From a virus, in IMG/VR virus record IMGVR_UViG_3300025466_000015: 64,000 nt of DNA. One strand, 5' to 3'. Of the stretch, positions 50,686 through 60,793 are shown one piece after another (the first letter of the stretch is position 1; every line of letters starts with the position of its first letter). The notes beneath the pieces were generated by a model. It saw only the letters and a program-made list of their open reading frames with translations, had not been told where the DNA came from and did not search any database. The position numbers were made by a program, and so were the translations under genes.

Positions 50686-52476
50686 ATGACAGAGAATTAT
50701 CTAGGTATTACCATAGATTATGAAAAAGATAAATTGTTTGATGAACTAGGAATAAAACGATTAAAAGAATCGTACATGAAAGATGATGAAACTTCTCCAC
50801 AACACAGATTTGCGTTCGTATCCTCCTCATTTGGATCTAATCCTGAACACTCTCAGCGCCTTTACGATTACGCCTCTAATCATTGGCTCAGTTTTAGTAC
50901 TCCAATTCTTAGCTTTGGTCGTTCTAAGCGTGGGTTACCTATTTCATGTTTTCTTAACTACATTGAAGATACTGCGGAGGGATTAGTTGATAACCTCTCA
51001 GAAACTAATTGGCTTTCTATGCTTGGCGGTGGTGTGGGTATTGGGTTTGGTATTCGTTCTGCCGATGATAAGTCTACTGGCATTATGCCTCATCTTAAAA
51101 TTTATGATGCTTCTTCTTTGGCCTATCGTCAGGGTCGGACTCGCCGTGGCTCTTATGCTGCCTATCTTGATATTAGCCATCCCGATATTATTCCTTTTTT
51201 AGAAATGAGAAAGCCGACAGGAGATCCTAATGTCAGATGCCTAAATCTACATCACGGCATTAATATCACCGATGACTTTATGACTATCATTGAGAAGTGT
51301 ATGTTGGATCCAGATTATGACGATTCTTGGAATTTAATTGATCCACATTCAAATGAAGTGAGAGAAACTGTGTCGGCCAAAATGTTATGGCAGATGATTC
51401 TAGAGCTTCGTATGCACACAGGTGAACCATACATTCACTATATTGATACAAGTAATAGAATGATGCCACAATGGTTAAAAGATAAAGGTTTGAAAATTAA
51501 CCAATCAAATCTTTGCTCTGAAATTATTTTACCTACTAATGAAGAACGTACTGCCGTATGTTGTTTATCTTCTTTGAACTTGGAGACTTATGATGAATGG
51601 AAAGATAACGAACTTTTTCTTCAGGACGTGGCTGAGATGCTCGATAACGTCCTTCAGTATTTCATTGATAATGCTCCTGATAGCATATCACGAGCAAAGT
51701 ATAGCGCCAGTCGTGAGCGCAGTATTGGTATTGGTGCACTTGGATTTCACGCTTATCTCCAGCGAAATGGAATTCCCTTTGAAGGAGTAATGGCGAAAGT
51801 AACAAACAATCAAATCTTTAATAATATAAGGACAAAATTAGATGAAGCGAATCTTCAACTCGGTACTGAGCGGGGTGAGGCCCCTGATGCTAGTGGCACT
51901 GGTAGACGTTTCAGTCATCTTATGGCTGTTGCTCCAAATGCTTCTTCGTCTATCATTATGGGAAATACTAGCCCTAGTATTGAGCCTTATCGTGCTAACG
52001 CATATCGTCAAGATACTCTATCGGGAAGCTACTTAAATAAGAATCGTTGGTTAGATAAAATCATTAAAGAGAAAGCAAAAGATGATAACGATTATAACGA
52101 TATTTGGTCTTCTATTATTGCTAACGATGGTAGTTGTCAACACTTGGATATTCTATCTGATTTGGAAAAAGGGATATTTAAAACATCAATGGAAATAGAC
52201 CAACGCTGGGTTATTGATTTAGCGGCAGATAGACAACAATATATTGACCAAGCACAATCATTGAATCTATTCTTTAGACCAGATGCTCATATCAAATACA
52301 TTCATGCTATTCATTTTATGGCATGGAAAAAAGGCGTTAAGACTCTATACTATTGCCGTTCAGAAAAGATTGGTAAGGCAGATAAAGTGTCCAAGAAAAT
52401 TGAAAGACAAGTTATCAAAGAATTGGACATGGTTGAGATTGCAGCCGGAAACGATTGTATTGCTTGTGAAGGTTAA
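50686..52476 (+). CDS. nrdA: Class I ribonucleotide reductase alpha subunit (short, no ATP cone)
   Basis: PISCF, SNLCSEI, CCLSS, APNASSS, TLYYCR, C-terminal CIACEG. Confidence 0.95.
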   Translation: MTENYLGITIDYEKDKLFDELGIKRLKESYMKDDETSPQHRFAFVSSSFGSNPEHSQRLYDYASNHWLSFSTPILSFGRSKRGLPISCFLNYIEDTAEGLVDNLSETNWLSMLGGGVGIGFGIRSADDKSTGIMPHLKIYDASSLAYRQGRTRRGSYAAYLDISHPDIIPFLEMRKPTGDPNVRCLNLHHGINITDDFMTIIEKCMLDPDYDDSWNLIDPHSNEVRETVSAKMLWQMILELRMHTGEPYIHYIDTSNRMMPQWLKDKGLKINQSNLCSEIILPTNEERTAVCCLSSLNLETYDEWKDNELFLQDVAEMLDNVLQYFIDNAPDSISRAKYSASRERSIGIGALGFHAYLQRNGIPFEGVMAKVTNNQIFNNIRTKLDEANLQLGTERGEAPDASGTGRRFSHLMAVAPNASSSIIMGNTSPSIEPYRANAYRQDTLSGSYLNKNRWLDKIIKEKAKDDNDYNDIWSSIIANDGSCQHLDILSDLEKGIFKTSMEIDQRWVIDLAADRQQYIDQAQSLNLFFRPDAHIKYIHAIHFMAWKKGVKTLYYCRSEKIGKADKVSKKIERQVIKELDMVEIAAGNDCIACEG

Positions 52477-52586
52477 ATGGAACAAAAGACTTGGTTAGAC
52501 AAATGGGAAAGAGTAATGGACAATATTCAGAGAGTACTCTGGGTATTGGTTCTTCTAATGTGGTTAGTCACGGAGTATAAATTCAA

Positions 52587-52976
52587 ATGAGAAAAGAAAT
52601 AAGATTAACTATTGAACCCGGTGGAAATATAGGTGAAGATTCTTACGTCTTGGATGTACATCGTGGAAAAGAAGAAAAAATAATATCTCGCATTGATAAA
52701 GAACATTCATTGGTTTTCACTGGTAAAAAATTTGATGTTTGTATTGAGTTTAATCTAAAAATAAAAATAAGATGGCCTAGAGCAAGACGACCATATATTA
52801 TTTTTATTGAAGGTGATAACAAAAAGAAAATTAAAATGCCTGTGAAGAAAAATGCTCATTACAAAGATAAAAATAACACCGAGTATTTAATTGTTCGTAG
52901 AACAGATACCGATTGTAAAGAATTTTTATTATTGGTAGCCGATGATAGATATAGTAGTAACTTAATAACACACTAA
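52587..52976 (+). CDS. Hypothetical protein
   Basis: 129-aa ORF between nrdA and thioredoxin. Confidence 0.5.
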   Translation: MRKEIRLTIEPGGNIGEDSYVLDVHRGKEEKIISRIDKEHSLVFTGKKFDVCIEFNLKIKIRWPRARRPYIIFIEGDNKKKIKMPVKKNAHYKDKNNTEYLIVRRTDTDCKEFLLLVADDRYSSNLITH

Positions 52977-52986
52977 CGGAGAAAAT

Positions 52987-53232
52987 ATGAAAAGGGTAAT
53001 TAGATTTACAGCATCATGGTGTGGACCTTGTAAAGGTTTAGCAATGACATTAAACAACATTGAAACAAATATACCATTTGAAGTTATTGATATTGATGAG
53101 AAGTCTGATATAGCAAGAGACTTTGGCATTCGTTCTGTACCAACTCTTGTAATGTTGGATGAGAATACAGAAGTTAAAAGAGTATCGGGTGCATTACCAC
53201 AAGCAGAACTAGAGGCATGGTTGAATGATTAA
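52987..53232 (+). CDS. Thioredoxin
   Basis: FTASWCGPCK; IRSVPTL. Confidence 0.93.
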   Translation: MKRVIRFTASWCGPCKGLAMTLNNIETNIPFEVIDIDEKSDIARDFGIRSVPTLVMLDENTEVKRVSGALPQAELEAWLND

Positions 53233-54211
53233 GAAAAAAGATTTAAATCTTACAGAAGACAGAAGTTATTTCAAGCCTTTTAATTATCCATGGGCATATG
53301 AGGCTTGGTTGAAGCACGAGCAGTCACATTGGTTGCACACCGAAGTACCTATGATGGAGGACGTTAAAGATTGGAAAAAGAAGCTCACGAATGAAGAAAA
53401 GAAATTTCTCACACACATCTTCAGATTTTTCACTCAAGGAGATATTGATGTGGCCGGCGGGTACGTTAATAATTATCTTCCTTACTTCCCTCAGCCTGAG
53501 ATTCGTATGATGCTTCTTGGCTTTGCAGCCAGAGAAGCACTTCATGTGGCAGCTTATTCACATTTGATTGAAACACTTGGTCTTCCAGAAACAACATACA
53601 ATGAGTTTATGGAATATGCTGAGATGAAAGAAAAACATGATTATGTCATGGATATCTCCAACCAAAATACAACTAAAGAGAATACTGCAACCCACATCGC
53701 CGTGTTCAGTGCATTTACTGAAGGGATGCAGTTGTTCTCCTCTTTCATTATGTTGTTGAATTTCCTAAGACATGGTAAGATGAAAGGTATGGGTCAAATC
53801 GTTACATGGTCTATTGTTGATGAGACACAACACGCTGAGAATATGATTAAAATGTTTAGAACATTCATTGAAGAAAATCGTGAAATTTGGAATGATGAGT
53901 TAAAAGGTAAGATATATACAATTGCTGAGAAGATGGTAGAACTCGAAGATAAGTTTATTGATTTGGCCTTTAACATGGGTCCGATGGAAAACTTAACGGC
54001 TGAGGATGTTAAAAAGTATATTCGTTATATTTGTGACCGCCGATTGATTTCATTAGGACTCAAAGGTGTGTTTAAAGTGAAAAGGAATCCTTTGCCTTGG
54101 GTAGAGGAGATGATTAACGCACCAACACATACTAACTTCTTTGAGAATAGAGCAACAGACTATGCAAAAGGCGCTCTCTCAGGTGATTGGAAGGATGTTT
54201 GGGCCAATTAA
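53225..54211 (+). CDS. nrdB: Class I ribonucleotide reductase beta subunit
   Basis: FFTQGD, REALHVAAY, EGMQLFSSF, DETQH, NFFE. Confidence 0.95.
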   Translation: MIKKKDLNLTEDRSYFKPFNYPWAYEAWLKHEQSHWLHTEVPMMEDVKDWKKKLTNEEKKFLTHIFRFFTQGDIDVAGGYVNNYLPYFPQPEIRMMLLGFAAREALHVAAYSHLIETLGLPETTYNEFMEYAEMKEKHDYVMDISNQNTTKENTATHIAVFSAFTEGMQLFSSFIMLLNFLRHGKMKGMGQIVTWSIVDETQHAENMIKMFRTFIEENREIWNDELKGKIYTIAEKMVELEDKFIDLAFNMGPMENLTAEDVKKYIRYICDRRLISLGLKGVFKVKRNPLPWVEEMINAPTHTNFFENRATDYAKGALSGDWKDVWAN

Positions 54212-54220
54212 GGAACGACA

Positions 54221-54409
54221 ATGACAAACAAAACAATTATGGCTGAATGTGAAAGCTGTGAATCAACATATGAAGTATCTTACATGGAAGAATTAGTATC
54301 AGAAGACTTACCAGAGAGATGTCCATTTTGCGGTGAACCCATCCAAGAATTATCTGAAGACTATATAGAGGACGATGATGATTCTGAAGATGAGGACGAA
54401 TGGGAATAA
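54221..54409 (+). CDS. Zinc-ribbon protein with acidic tail
   Basis: CESC..CPFCG. Confidence 0.7.
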   Translation: MTNKTIMAECESCESTYEVSYMEELVSEDLPERCPFCGEPIQELSEDYIEDDDDSEDEDEWE

Positions 54410-54813
54410 ACTGGACATATAATGATACTGATTTTACCGAAGAAATGATTGGTGACAATTATGGATTCGTATATTGTATAACAAATCTTACCAATGGTAA
54501 AAAATACATCGGTAAGAAATTTTTTTATTCCAGCAAGACAAAACAAGTCAAAGGCAAGAAGAAAAAATTCAAGGTTTCTAGTGATTGGCAAACTTACTAC
54601 GGATCCAACACAGAATTGAAAAATGATGTTATAATGCACGGAGAAGAAATGTTCAGTAGAGAAATCCTACACCTTTGTAAAACCAAGGGTGAATGTGGTT
54701 ATCTGGAAGCTAAGGAACAATTTGTCCGTGATGCATTAATTGGTGAAGAATATTACAATTCATGGATTATGGTTAGAGTTAGAAAATCACACATAAAAGG
54801 TTTAGAATGTTAG
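54400..54813 (+). CDS. denA: GIY-YIG endonuclease II (DenA-like)
   Basis: GFVYCITN..KKYIGKK..SDWQTYYGS..REILHLC..YYN. Confidence 0.75.
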   Translation: MGINWTYNDTDFTEEMIGDNYGFVYCITNLTNGKKYIGKKFFYSSKTKQVKGKKKKFKVSSDWQTYYGSNTELKNDVIMHGEEMFSREILHLCKTKGECGYLEAKEQFVRDALIGEEYYNSWIMVRVRKSHIKGLEC

Positions 54814-55148
54814 ATTTGATGAAACAATTTGATGCTGATTATGACGCATTATTTTTCATGCCCCATGATGAAGATGAAAACAAAGTTGAAATCCATGCCA
54901 GAAATTTTGTTGATAAAGGAGAACCTATAGGAGGCAATCTTATTGGTCCTGCTTGGCATGTGGTATTGTTTAAGGTTAATGAAGAAGGAATGGCCAAGGA
55001 TGTTGATACATTTGATGCCATATTTGCCGAACCTAGGGAATATGTTTCGGAATTAATACCACTTAATTTTTTTGGAGTGGTAGCAAGAAAAACAACAACC
55101 TCAAAAATTTTCCTAGAAGATTTCGTTGACAAACTCAAAGGTAACTGA
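54807..55148 (+). CDS. Hypothetical protein
   Basis: Coupled 113-aa ORF. Confidence 0.6.
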   Translation: MLDLMKQFDADYDALFFMPHDEDENKVEIHARNFVDKGEPIGGNLIGPAWHVVLFKVNEEGMAKDVDTFDAIFAEPREYVSELIPLNFFGVVARKTTTSKIFLEDFVDKLKGN

Positions 55149-55154
55149 TATAAT
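55126..55154 (+). promoter_or_regulatory. sigma70 promoter TTGACA-17-TATAAT
   Basis: Perfect consensus upstream of rnh. Confidence 0.78.
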
Positions 55155-55180
55155 ACAGTTTTGAAACTTGAAAGTTTATT

Positions 55181-56050
55181 ATGATACTCGTTGATTTGAA
55201 TCAGGTTCTATTGTCTGGCCTGATGGCTCAAATTTCAAACCAAAAAGGTAAGAAACTTGAAGAAGATTTAATTAGACACATGGTGTTAAACATCATTAGG
55301 AACCACCTAAGAAGTTTCCGTAAAGATTATGGTGAAGTGGTTTTATGTTCTGACAACCGTAAATACTGGCGCAAGGAGTTCTTTCCTTTCTACAAAGCTG
55401 GTCGTAAGAAAACCCGTGAAAAATCCGATTTGGATTGGCACTTTATCTTTGATATGTTGGCCAAATTTAAGGTTGAGCTCAAAGAAAATTTCCCATACAA
55501 AGTATTGGATGTCGAAGGCGCTGAAGCTGATGATATTATCGGTGTATTAGCACCAATAGCAGTTAAGAATGAAAATGTTCTGATTATTTCGAGTGATGGT
55601 GACTTTCTACAATTGCAAATGTACAACAATGAATTTAATAATCCACACTCAATTAAACAATACAATCCTGCATTGAAGAAATTTCTTGTTTCTGCCAAAC
55701 CATTGGATGAATTAAAAGAGAAGATTATCAAAGGTGATAAAGGTGATGGTATCCCTAATGTATTATCACCGTCGGATTGTTTTGTCCGTGACCTAAGACA
55801 AACACCTGTCACTAAAGGTAAACTGGACAAAATGATGGCCGAAGAATATTTGGACTGGACTGATGATGTAGCCAAAACTGGTTTCTCCCGTAATCAAGTA
55901 TTGATTGACTTGAGAAATATCCCTGATGATATTAAGACCAAAATCCTAAATAGTTATGAAGAAACTGTGCCTGCTTCTAAAGGTAAAATATTAGATTATT
56001 TTATTGCTAATAAACTGAAAAATTTAATGGACGTAATTGAGGAATTTTAA
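55181..56050 (+). CDS. rnh: T4 RNase H (5'-3' exonuclease)
   Basis: ILVDLNQ, YWRKEFFPFYKAGR, EADDIIG, SSDGDFLQL, GDKGDGIPN. Confidence 0.95.
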   Translation: MILVDLNQVLLSGLMAQISNQKGKKLEEDLIRHMVLNIIRNHLRSFRKDYGEVVLCSDNRKYWRKEFFPFYKAGRKKTREKSDLDWHFIFDMLAKFKVELKENFPYKVLDVEGAEADDIIGVLAPIAVKNENVLIISSDGDFLQLQMYNNEFNNPHSIKQYNPALKKFLVSAKPLDELKEKIIKGDKGDGIPNVLSPSDCFVRDLRQTPVTKGKLDKMMAEEYLDWTDDVAKTGFSRNQVLIDLRNIPDDIKTKILNSYEETVPASKGKILDYFIANKLKNLMDVIEEF

Positions 56051-56475
56051 TGAAAACTATACACGAAGTATTTGATGAATTTGAAGAAGCTAAAAATAAA
56101 AAAGAACGAATGGCGGTTATAGAGAAAAATCTATCACCAACACTCGTAAAGGTTTTAGAACTAGCTTTTAATCCTAACTACAAATGGAAAATTACAGAGT
56201 TGCCAGATTCTTATAAAATTCCAAATGACGTTTTACCTGGAATTACGTTTGATGGATTACCTTCTCAATTAAGACGCATGTATATATTTCAAGAAGGTAA
56301 TACAACGGCAGAATCATTAACACCTAAAAGACGAGAAGAATTACTTTTGCAAATGTTGGAATCTATTGAACCAAGAGAAGCAGAAATTATCATCGGTATT
56401 TTATCTAAGGACTTAGGTGTTAAAGGCCTAGATTATAAATTTGTTAAAGAAGCATTTCCACAATTATTACCCTAA
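56050..56475 (+). CDS. Conserved T4-like hypothetical protein (DUF6433-like)
   Basis: KRREELLLQMLESIEPREAE..VKEAFP. Confidence 0.65.
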   Translation: MKTIHEVFDEFEEAKNKKERMAVIEKNLSPTLVKVLELAFNPNYKWKITELPDSYKIPNDVLPGITFDGLPSQLRRMYIFQEGNTTAESLTPKRREELLLQMLESIEPREAEIIIGILSKDLGVKGLDYKFVKEAFPQLLP

Positions 56476-56484
56476 GGAGAGAAA

Positions 56485-56664
56485 GTGTCGAAGTTTGTAG
56501 CTAAGTTCCGTAAGAATGACTATAATGATGATTATAGTTTTGGAACAAAAAAGAAACGCAGTAAATCAAATAAAGTGGTTAGAAAATCCAATACTCAATA
56601 TGAGGATTATTCGGATTTTTACAATATGGGACAAGGTAAACGCAAAGAAAAAAGAATGTCGTAA
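56485..56664 (+). CDS. Small basic hypothetical protein (59 aa)
   Basis: SD AAGGAG + GTG; MSKFVAKFRKNDYNDDY. Confidence 0.55.
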   Translation: MSKFVAKFRKNDYNDDYSFGTKKKRSKSNKVVRKSNTQYEDYSDFYNMGQGKRKEKRMS

Positions 56665-56709
56665 AAAAACAACATTCTGTTTGACAATCCTCAATCGGTA
56701 GTATATAAT
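56657..56709 (+). promoter_or_regulatory. Palindromic box plus promoter TTGACA-17-TATAAT
   Basis: TGTCGT-aaaaaa-ACAACA 56657-56674, 6-bp gap, -35 at 56681. Confidence 0.8.
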
Positions 56710-56734
56710 AGAGACTGTTTGGAGGAAATTTATT

Positions 56735-57064
56735 ATGATTTATGTAAGAATCCCAAAATCTAAGCCTAAGCTAAAACCTAAAGCTGAGCGTGAACAATAC
56801 GCCGAATGGTTGAAAAGCCATGAGCCAAAAAAACCTGTGGTCTTTCCTAAAAAAGAACCTTTGCAATATAAATTGACCACGCCAGCTGGCCGTGAAACTA
56901 GGCACATTCCTTCATTAAATACTGGAGCTGGCGTTGCAACAAAGTCACCAGCTAAGGTTTATACTGGCGATAAAATGTTAGGAATTGCAACCTTACACAA
57001 ATCCAATGCTGTTCCTGTATTCAACAATCAGGATGCGGTAGATATTTCAAAAATGAGGCGTTAA
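56735..57064 (+). CDS. Conserved T4-like basic hypothetical protein
   Basis: KVYTGDKMLGIATLHKSNAVPV..DISKMRR. Confidence 0.7.
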   Translation: MIYVRIPKSKPKLKPKAEREQYAEWLKSHEPKKPVVFPKKEPLQYKLTTPAGRETRHIPSLNTGAGVATKSPAKVYTGDKMLGIATLHKSNAVPVFNNQDAVDISKMRR

Positions 57065-57065
57065 A

Positions 57066-57236
57066 ATGAACAAGAAAATGAGTTTTGTAGTAAAATTACA
57101 AAAACCGGTGTGTCGTACACCAATCAAACCTGTGCAAAAGCACAAAACTGTCGCAAATTTTAGTCGAAAAGCTAAGCATAAAGCAAATTTGACGCAATTT
57201 TTTAATGAGGATCGCTCAAATGTCGCAAATTTCTAA
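57066..57236 (+). CDS. Small basic peptide with ArfA-like RKxKHK motif
   Basis: ..KPVQKHKTVANFSRKAKHK..; 56 aa. Confidence 0.45.
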   Translation: MNKKMSFVVKLQKPVCRTPIKPVQKHKTVANFSRKAKHKANLTQFFNEDRSNVANF

Positions 57237-57366
57237 TTTAGATGAAGAAAAAACCAAGGATTTAGACTTTTCCGAGGTAGAATTGGCAGTCCGAAGATGG
57301 GCTGCTCAAACCGGACATGATAATGACCAAGAATTTTATAAAAATTTAAAGGAACAACATGAGTAA
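57220..57366 (+). CDS. Small hypothetical protein
   Basis: SD GAGGA; MSQISNLDEEK..RRWAAQTGH. Confidence 0.5.
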   Translation: MSQISNLDEEKTKDLDFSEVELAVRRWAAQTGHDNDQEFYKNLKEQHE

Positions 57367-57550
57367 GAGCAAAATGTACTCTTATGAAGAAATTTTTGAA
57401 AAAATTCCTGAGGATCCTGATAATATCTTGTTAAAATTTCCTATAGAAATCCTAGAAGAAGCTGGTTGGGATGTAGGTACAATCCTAAACATTACCGTTG
57501 AAGATACAGGATCCGGTAACGTATTGATTATAACACCTGTTGCTCCATAG
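57359..57550 (+). CDS. AbrB/MazE-like small protein
   Basis: ILLKFPIEILEEAGWDVGTILNITVE. Confidence 0.65.
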   Translation: MSKSKMYSYEEIFEKIPEDPDNILLKFPIEILEEAGWDVGTILNITVEDTGSGNVLIITPVAP

Positions 57551-57590
57551 TAACATTGTTATTGTTAGAATGTAAAAAGTATGTTATAAT
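57538..57590 (+). promoter_or_regulatory. Degenerate palindromic box plus promoter TTGTTA-17-TATAAT
   Basis: TGTTGC-tccata-GTAACA 57538-57555, 6-bp gap, TGn extended -10. Confidence 0.6.
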
Positions 57591-57616
57591 AGATACTATC
57601 AACACAAGGAGATTTT

Positions 57617-59719
57617 ATGGTTGCTAGTGAGTCTTTATCAGTATCAAAATCGTTGTTAGCCAAATTGATGGCCACAGAAAATTTAATCGTTGAAGAAAAA
57701 AATGTTCAAACGGCTTCATTTGATGTTAAAAAACGTATTTTGACAATCCCAATTTTAAACAAAGAATTGTCACCTCAACTTTATGACCTATTTACAGGAC
57801 ATGAAGTTGGCCATGCTCTCTGGACTCCAGAAGAAGGCATTAAAAAAGGCATTGATTTAAAAATTCCTGCTCAAGTGCTTAATTTGGTTGAAGATTCACG
57901 CATCGAGCGTAAGATTAAAAACAAATATCCAGGTCTCCGTAAATCATTCATTCAAGGTTACAATGAATTGATGGAACGTAATTTCTTTGGCATCAAAGAT
58001 ACTGAATACAATCAATTAAATTTGATGGATCGTATCAACATGCATTGCAAAGGCGGCGCTGGCCTTAACATTTCTTTTAATGAAGAAGAATCTTCCATAG
58101 TTAAAAAAATTGAAAATACAGAAACCTATGATGATGTTATCCGAGTTTCATTAGAGCTTTACGAATATTGTAAACAGCAAAATGAAAAAAGGAAAGCACA
58201 AAAAGATTCCGATCCGGATCAAGATGATGACTTTGAATATGATTTTGATGACAATGATGATCCAGAAGGCGAGGAGTTGGAAGCTTCTGATGTAAAAGAT
58301 CCAAATCAAGAAGATGGTGACCATGATGGTGATGAAGGTGATGAAGGTGAATCAAATTCTAAAATTGAAAGACCTACAAGTGGTCCTGAAGCTGATGACT
58401 TCCGTTCATTTACTGATGAAGCGTATCGCCAAAATGAAAAGAAGTTATTCAGTAACAGTAGTACAAATTATGTGTATTGTAACATTCCAAAAGTTGATAC
58501 AAAAGAAGCTATCATGGGTTACAAAGAATTGTACAAGAAATACAAACAAGAATGTATTGATAACCGTTATGATGGAGTTAAAAGTTTCCATGATCCAAAA
58601 TTTGATGAATACCAAAAGCTAAAACACGATACAAATAAAATTGTATCCTATTTGGTCAAAGAGTTTGAAATGCGTAAGAATGCTGACCAACTCAAACGTG
58701 CTTCTGTTGCCAAAACAGGAGAACTTAACATGAGTAAAATCTATTCTTATGGATTTAGTGAGGACATCTTCAAGAAAATCTCCGTAGTTCCTGGTGGTAA
58801 ATCCCACGGCTTGGTCATGTTCATTGATTGGTCTGGTTCAATGAACAATCACCTATACAATACAGTTAAACAATTATTGTCATTGGTGATGTTTTGTAAG
58901 AAAGTAAATATTCCTTATGATGTGTATGCTTTCTCAAATAATGATTATAATTCACTCTATCAAATTGAACGAAAAGTTGGTGATTTAAGATTACACAATT
59001 TCAAACTGTTTAATTTGTTGTCTAGTAAAATGTCAGCTGCTGAATTTACATATGCTGCCGCTGTTATAACTACAATTGCAAGTGATGAAAGATATGCTCC
59101 TACTTGGTTACGTCTTTCTGGTACTCCTTTGAATGAAGCTGTTGTTGCTTCTATGGAAATTGTTCCACAGTTTCAAAAAGACCACAAACTACAAATCGTC
59201 AATACAGTATTTTTGACTGATGGTGATGGTCACCAATTGAGAGAAGTGATTACTGAAGATAATAATGGTGGCCACTATATTTCTGGTTATGATGTTATGG
59301 TTCTCCGTGATGAGAAAACAAAACAACAAGAAATTGTTGAAAATCAAGGTTTTAGTGGTGCAGAACAAACCAAAGCTCTTGTTAAATTGTTAAAAGAGAG
59401 AACCGGTTCTAATGTGATCGGATTCTATGTCCTGTTTCCTAGAGAGTTTGGATCAACATACAAATTCTTTCCAAAAGGTGCCGACATGTATTCACTCAAA
59501 GACACATTCAAGAAAGAAAAGTTTGTTGTTGTAAAGAACTCGGGTTTCTCCGAATACTACCTTATCAAATCTGAAACCAAAGATGAAGATGAAGAAACAG
59601 GATTTACTGTTAGAGAAAATGCAACAACTAAAGGCCTTGTAAGTGCTTTCACTAAGTATACAAATGGTCGTGTTACGAACCGTGTATTATTAAATAGATT
59701 TATTGGACTAATTGCTTAA
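57617..59719 (+). CDS. CobT-like protein: N-terminal HExxH domain, acidic linker, VWA domain
   Basis: GHEVGHAL, VEDSRIE, IDWSGSM (MIDAS), GTPLNEA, LTDG. Confidence 0.85.
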   Translation: MVASESLSVSKSLLAKLMATENLIVEEKNVQTASFDVKKRILTIPILNKELSPQLYDLFTGHEVGHALWTPEEGIKKGIDLKIPAQVLNLVEDSRIERKIKNKYPGLRKSFIQGYNELMERNFFGIKDTEYNQLNLMDRINMHCKGGAGLNISFNEEESSIVKKIENTETYDDVIRVSLELYEYCKQQNEKRKAQKDSDPDQDDDFEYDFDDNDDPEGEELEASDVKDPNQEDGDHDGDEGDEGESNSKIERPTSGPEADDFRSFTDEAYRQNEKKLFSNSSTNYVYCNIPKVDTKEAIMGYKELYKKYKQECIDNRYDGVKSFHDPKFDEYQKLKHDTNKIVSYLVKEFEMRKNADQLKRASVAKTGELNMSKIYSYGFSEDIFKKISVVPGGKSHGLVMFIDWSGSMNNHLYNTVKQLLSLVMFCKKVNIPYDVYAFSNNDYNSLYQIERKVGDLRLHNFKLFNLLSSKMSAAEFTYAAAVITTIASDERYAPTWLRLSGTPLNEAVVASMEIVPQFQKDHKLQIVNTVFLTDGDGHQLREVITEDNNGGHYISGYDVMVLRDEKTKQQEIVENQGFSGAEQTKALVKLLKERTGSNVIGFYVLFPREFGSTYKFFPKGADMYSLKDTFKKEKFVVVKNSGFSEYYLIKSETKDEDEETGFTVRENATTKGLVSAFTKYTNGRVTNRVLLNRFIGLIA

Positions 59720-59727
59720 AGGAGATA

Positions 59728-59921
59728 TGATGGAAGTTATGGCATTGAGATATGGAAACAAATCGGTTTCCATAAAACAAAATAGTGATGTTTATTCTGT
59801 TGAGATGTTTGAGAATTCTAGGTTAATTGGAACTCTTAGAACAATCAAATTGGAAGAAGCAAGAGAAGTTGCTGAAGAATATGTATCAGACGGATCTAAA
59901 CCACAATTTTTGAGTGAATGA
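59728..59921 (+). CDS. Hypothetical protein
   Basis: SD AAGGAG; EEAREVAEEYV. Confidence 0.55.
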
Positions 59922-59924
59922 TTT

Positions 59925-60197
59925 ATGGACTATGAGATGAAAGAAATCCTGTGTATTACTCAGGAAGAATGTGCTGAGGTATCACAGGCTATTTCAAAGA
60001 TTTTTAGATTTGGTCCTGACCAAATGAAATACCAAGAGAACAGGACCAATCGTGAGCACTTAGAGGAAGAAATTGGTGACCTTCTCTGTATGATTGACAT
60101 ACTCATAGAGAAAACTCACCTATCAGATTCTTCTGTTAATCAAGCAAGAAAGAATAAACGAGACAAACTGAGACAATGGTCCAGTATTGCAGTTTAA
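59925..60197 (+). CDS. MazG-like nucleotide pyrophosphohydrolase
   Basis: QEECAEV..ISKIFRFG..LEEEIGDL. Confidence 0.75.
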   Translation: MDYEMKEILCITQEECAEVSQAISKIFRFGPDQMKYQENRTNREHLEEEIGDLLCMIDILIEKTHLSDSSVNQARKNKRDKLRQWSSIAV

Positions 60198-60361
60198 CAA
60201 GCACCGAATTGGCGTCTACGATTAAACATCGTAATAAGTTGTTCAACTTCTTGTGGTGATTTTGGATTTTTTGCATTGAGATACATTTCCAATTCTGATT
60301 GATACATAGATTGTTTAGTATTAAGAATTGTAGTGAAAAAACGGCCGATAGCGGATAACAT
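60194..60361 (-). CDS. Small hypothetical protein (DUF3563-like)
   Basis: SD AAGGAG; QSELEMYLNAKNPKSPQEVEQL. Confidence 0.5.
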   Translation of the reverse strand: MLSAIGRFFTTILNTKQSMYQSELEMYLNAKNPKSPQEVEQLITMFNRRRQFGAC

Positions 60362-60573
60362 GGAAACTCCTTGTGAGATGTTGTAATAAATGGGTAGAAA
60401 CTATATTAGTGTTTCTACTAATAGTATATAGGAAGCAGATAAATTGAATAACGAGGAAGCGTTGAAACTTTACGAAAAAATGTCGGAAATATATGGTGAG
60501 CACTTACCTCACCCTATACACGAGCCTATTCGTTTCGCCTATTATGTAAGGATTTTTACGAGGTATCATAAGG

Positions 60574-60759
60574 ATGAATCCAACACAAAAGAGAATGTCT
60601 GAAATGATGGAACTGATTGACGATTCAATCATGTTAACAAACGATCCAAAAGAGATGTTGATGTTGGCTTGTGCCATGCTACAGAGGTCCACAGAAATCA
60701 TGGATTCTACAATTGGTAAACATGCAAGAAAAATTATGTTTTCTGAACTGGCCGAGTGA
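60574..60759 (+). CDS. Hypothetical protein
   Basis: Met-rich 61-aa ORF. Confidence 0.5.
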   Translation: MNPTQKRMSEMMELIDDSIMLTNDPKEMLMLACAMLQRSTEIMDSTIGKHARKIMFSELAE

Positions 60760-60793
60760 TTTTGTGTTATAATGTTATTTTGAGGAGTATATT

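Noticed and set aside
24997-54211. Introns or inteins in gp43, gp41, thyX, nrdA, nrdB
   Set aside because: ORFs are continuous and of normal length, with no intein terminal motifs
56516-56701. ORF-track 61-aa ORF
   Set aside because: The frame starting at GTG 56485 has the SD and ends before the promoter; this one runs across the box and -35
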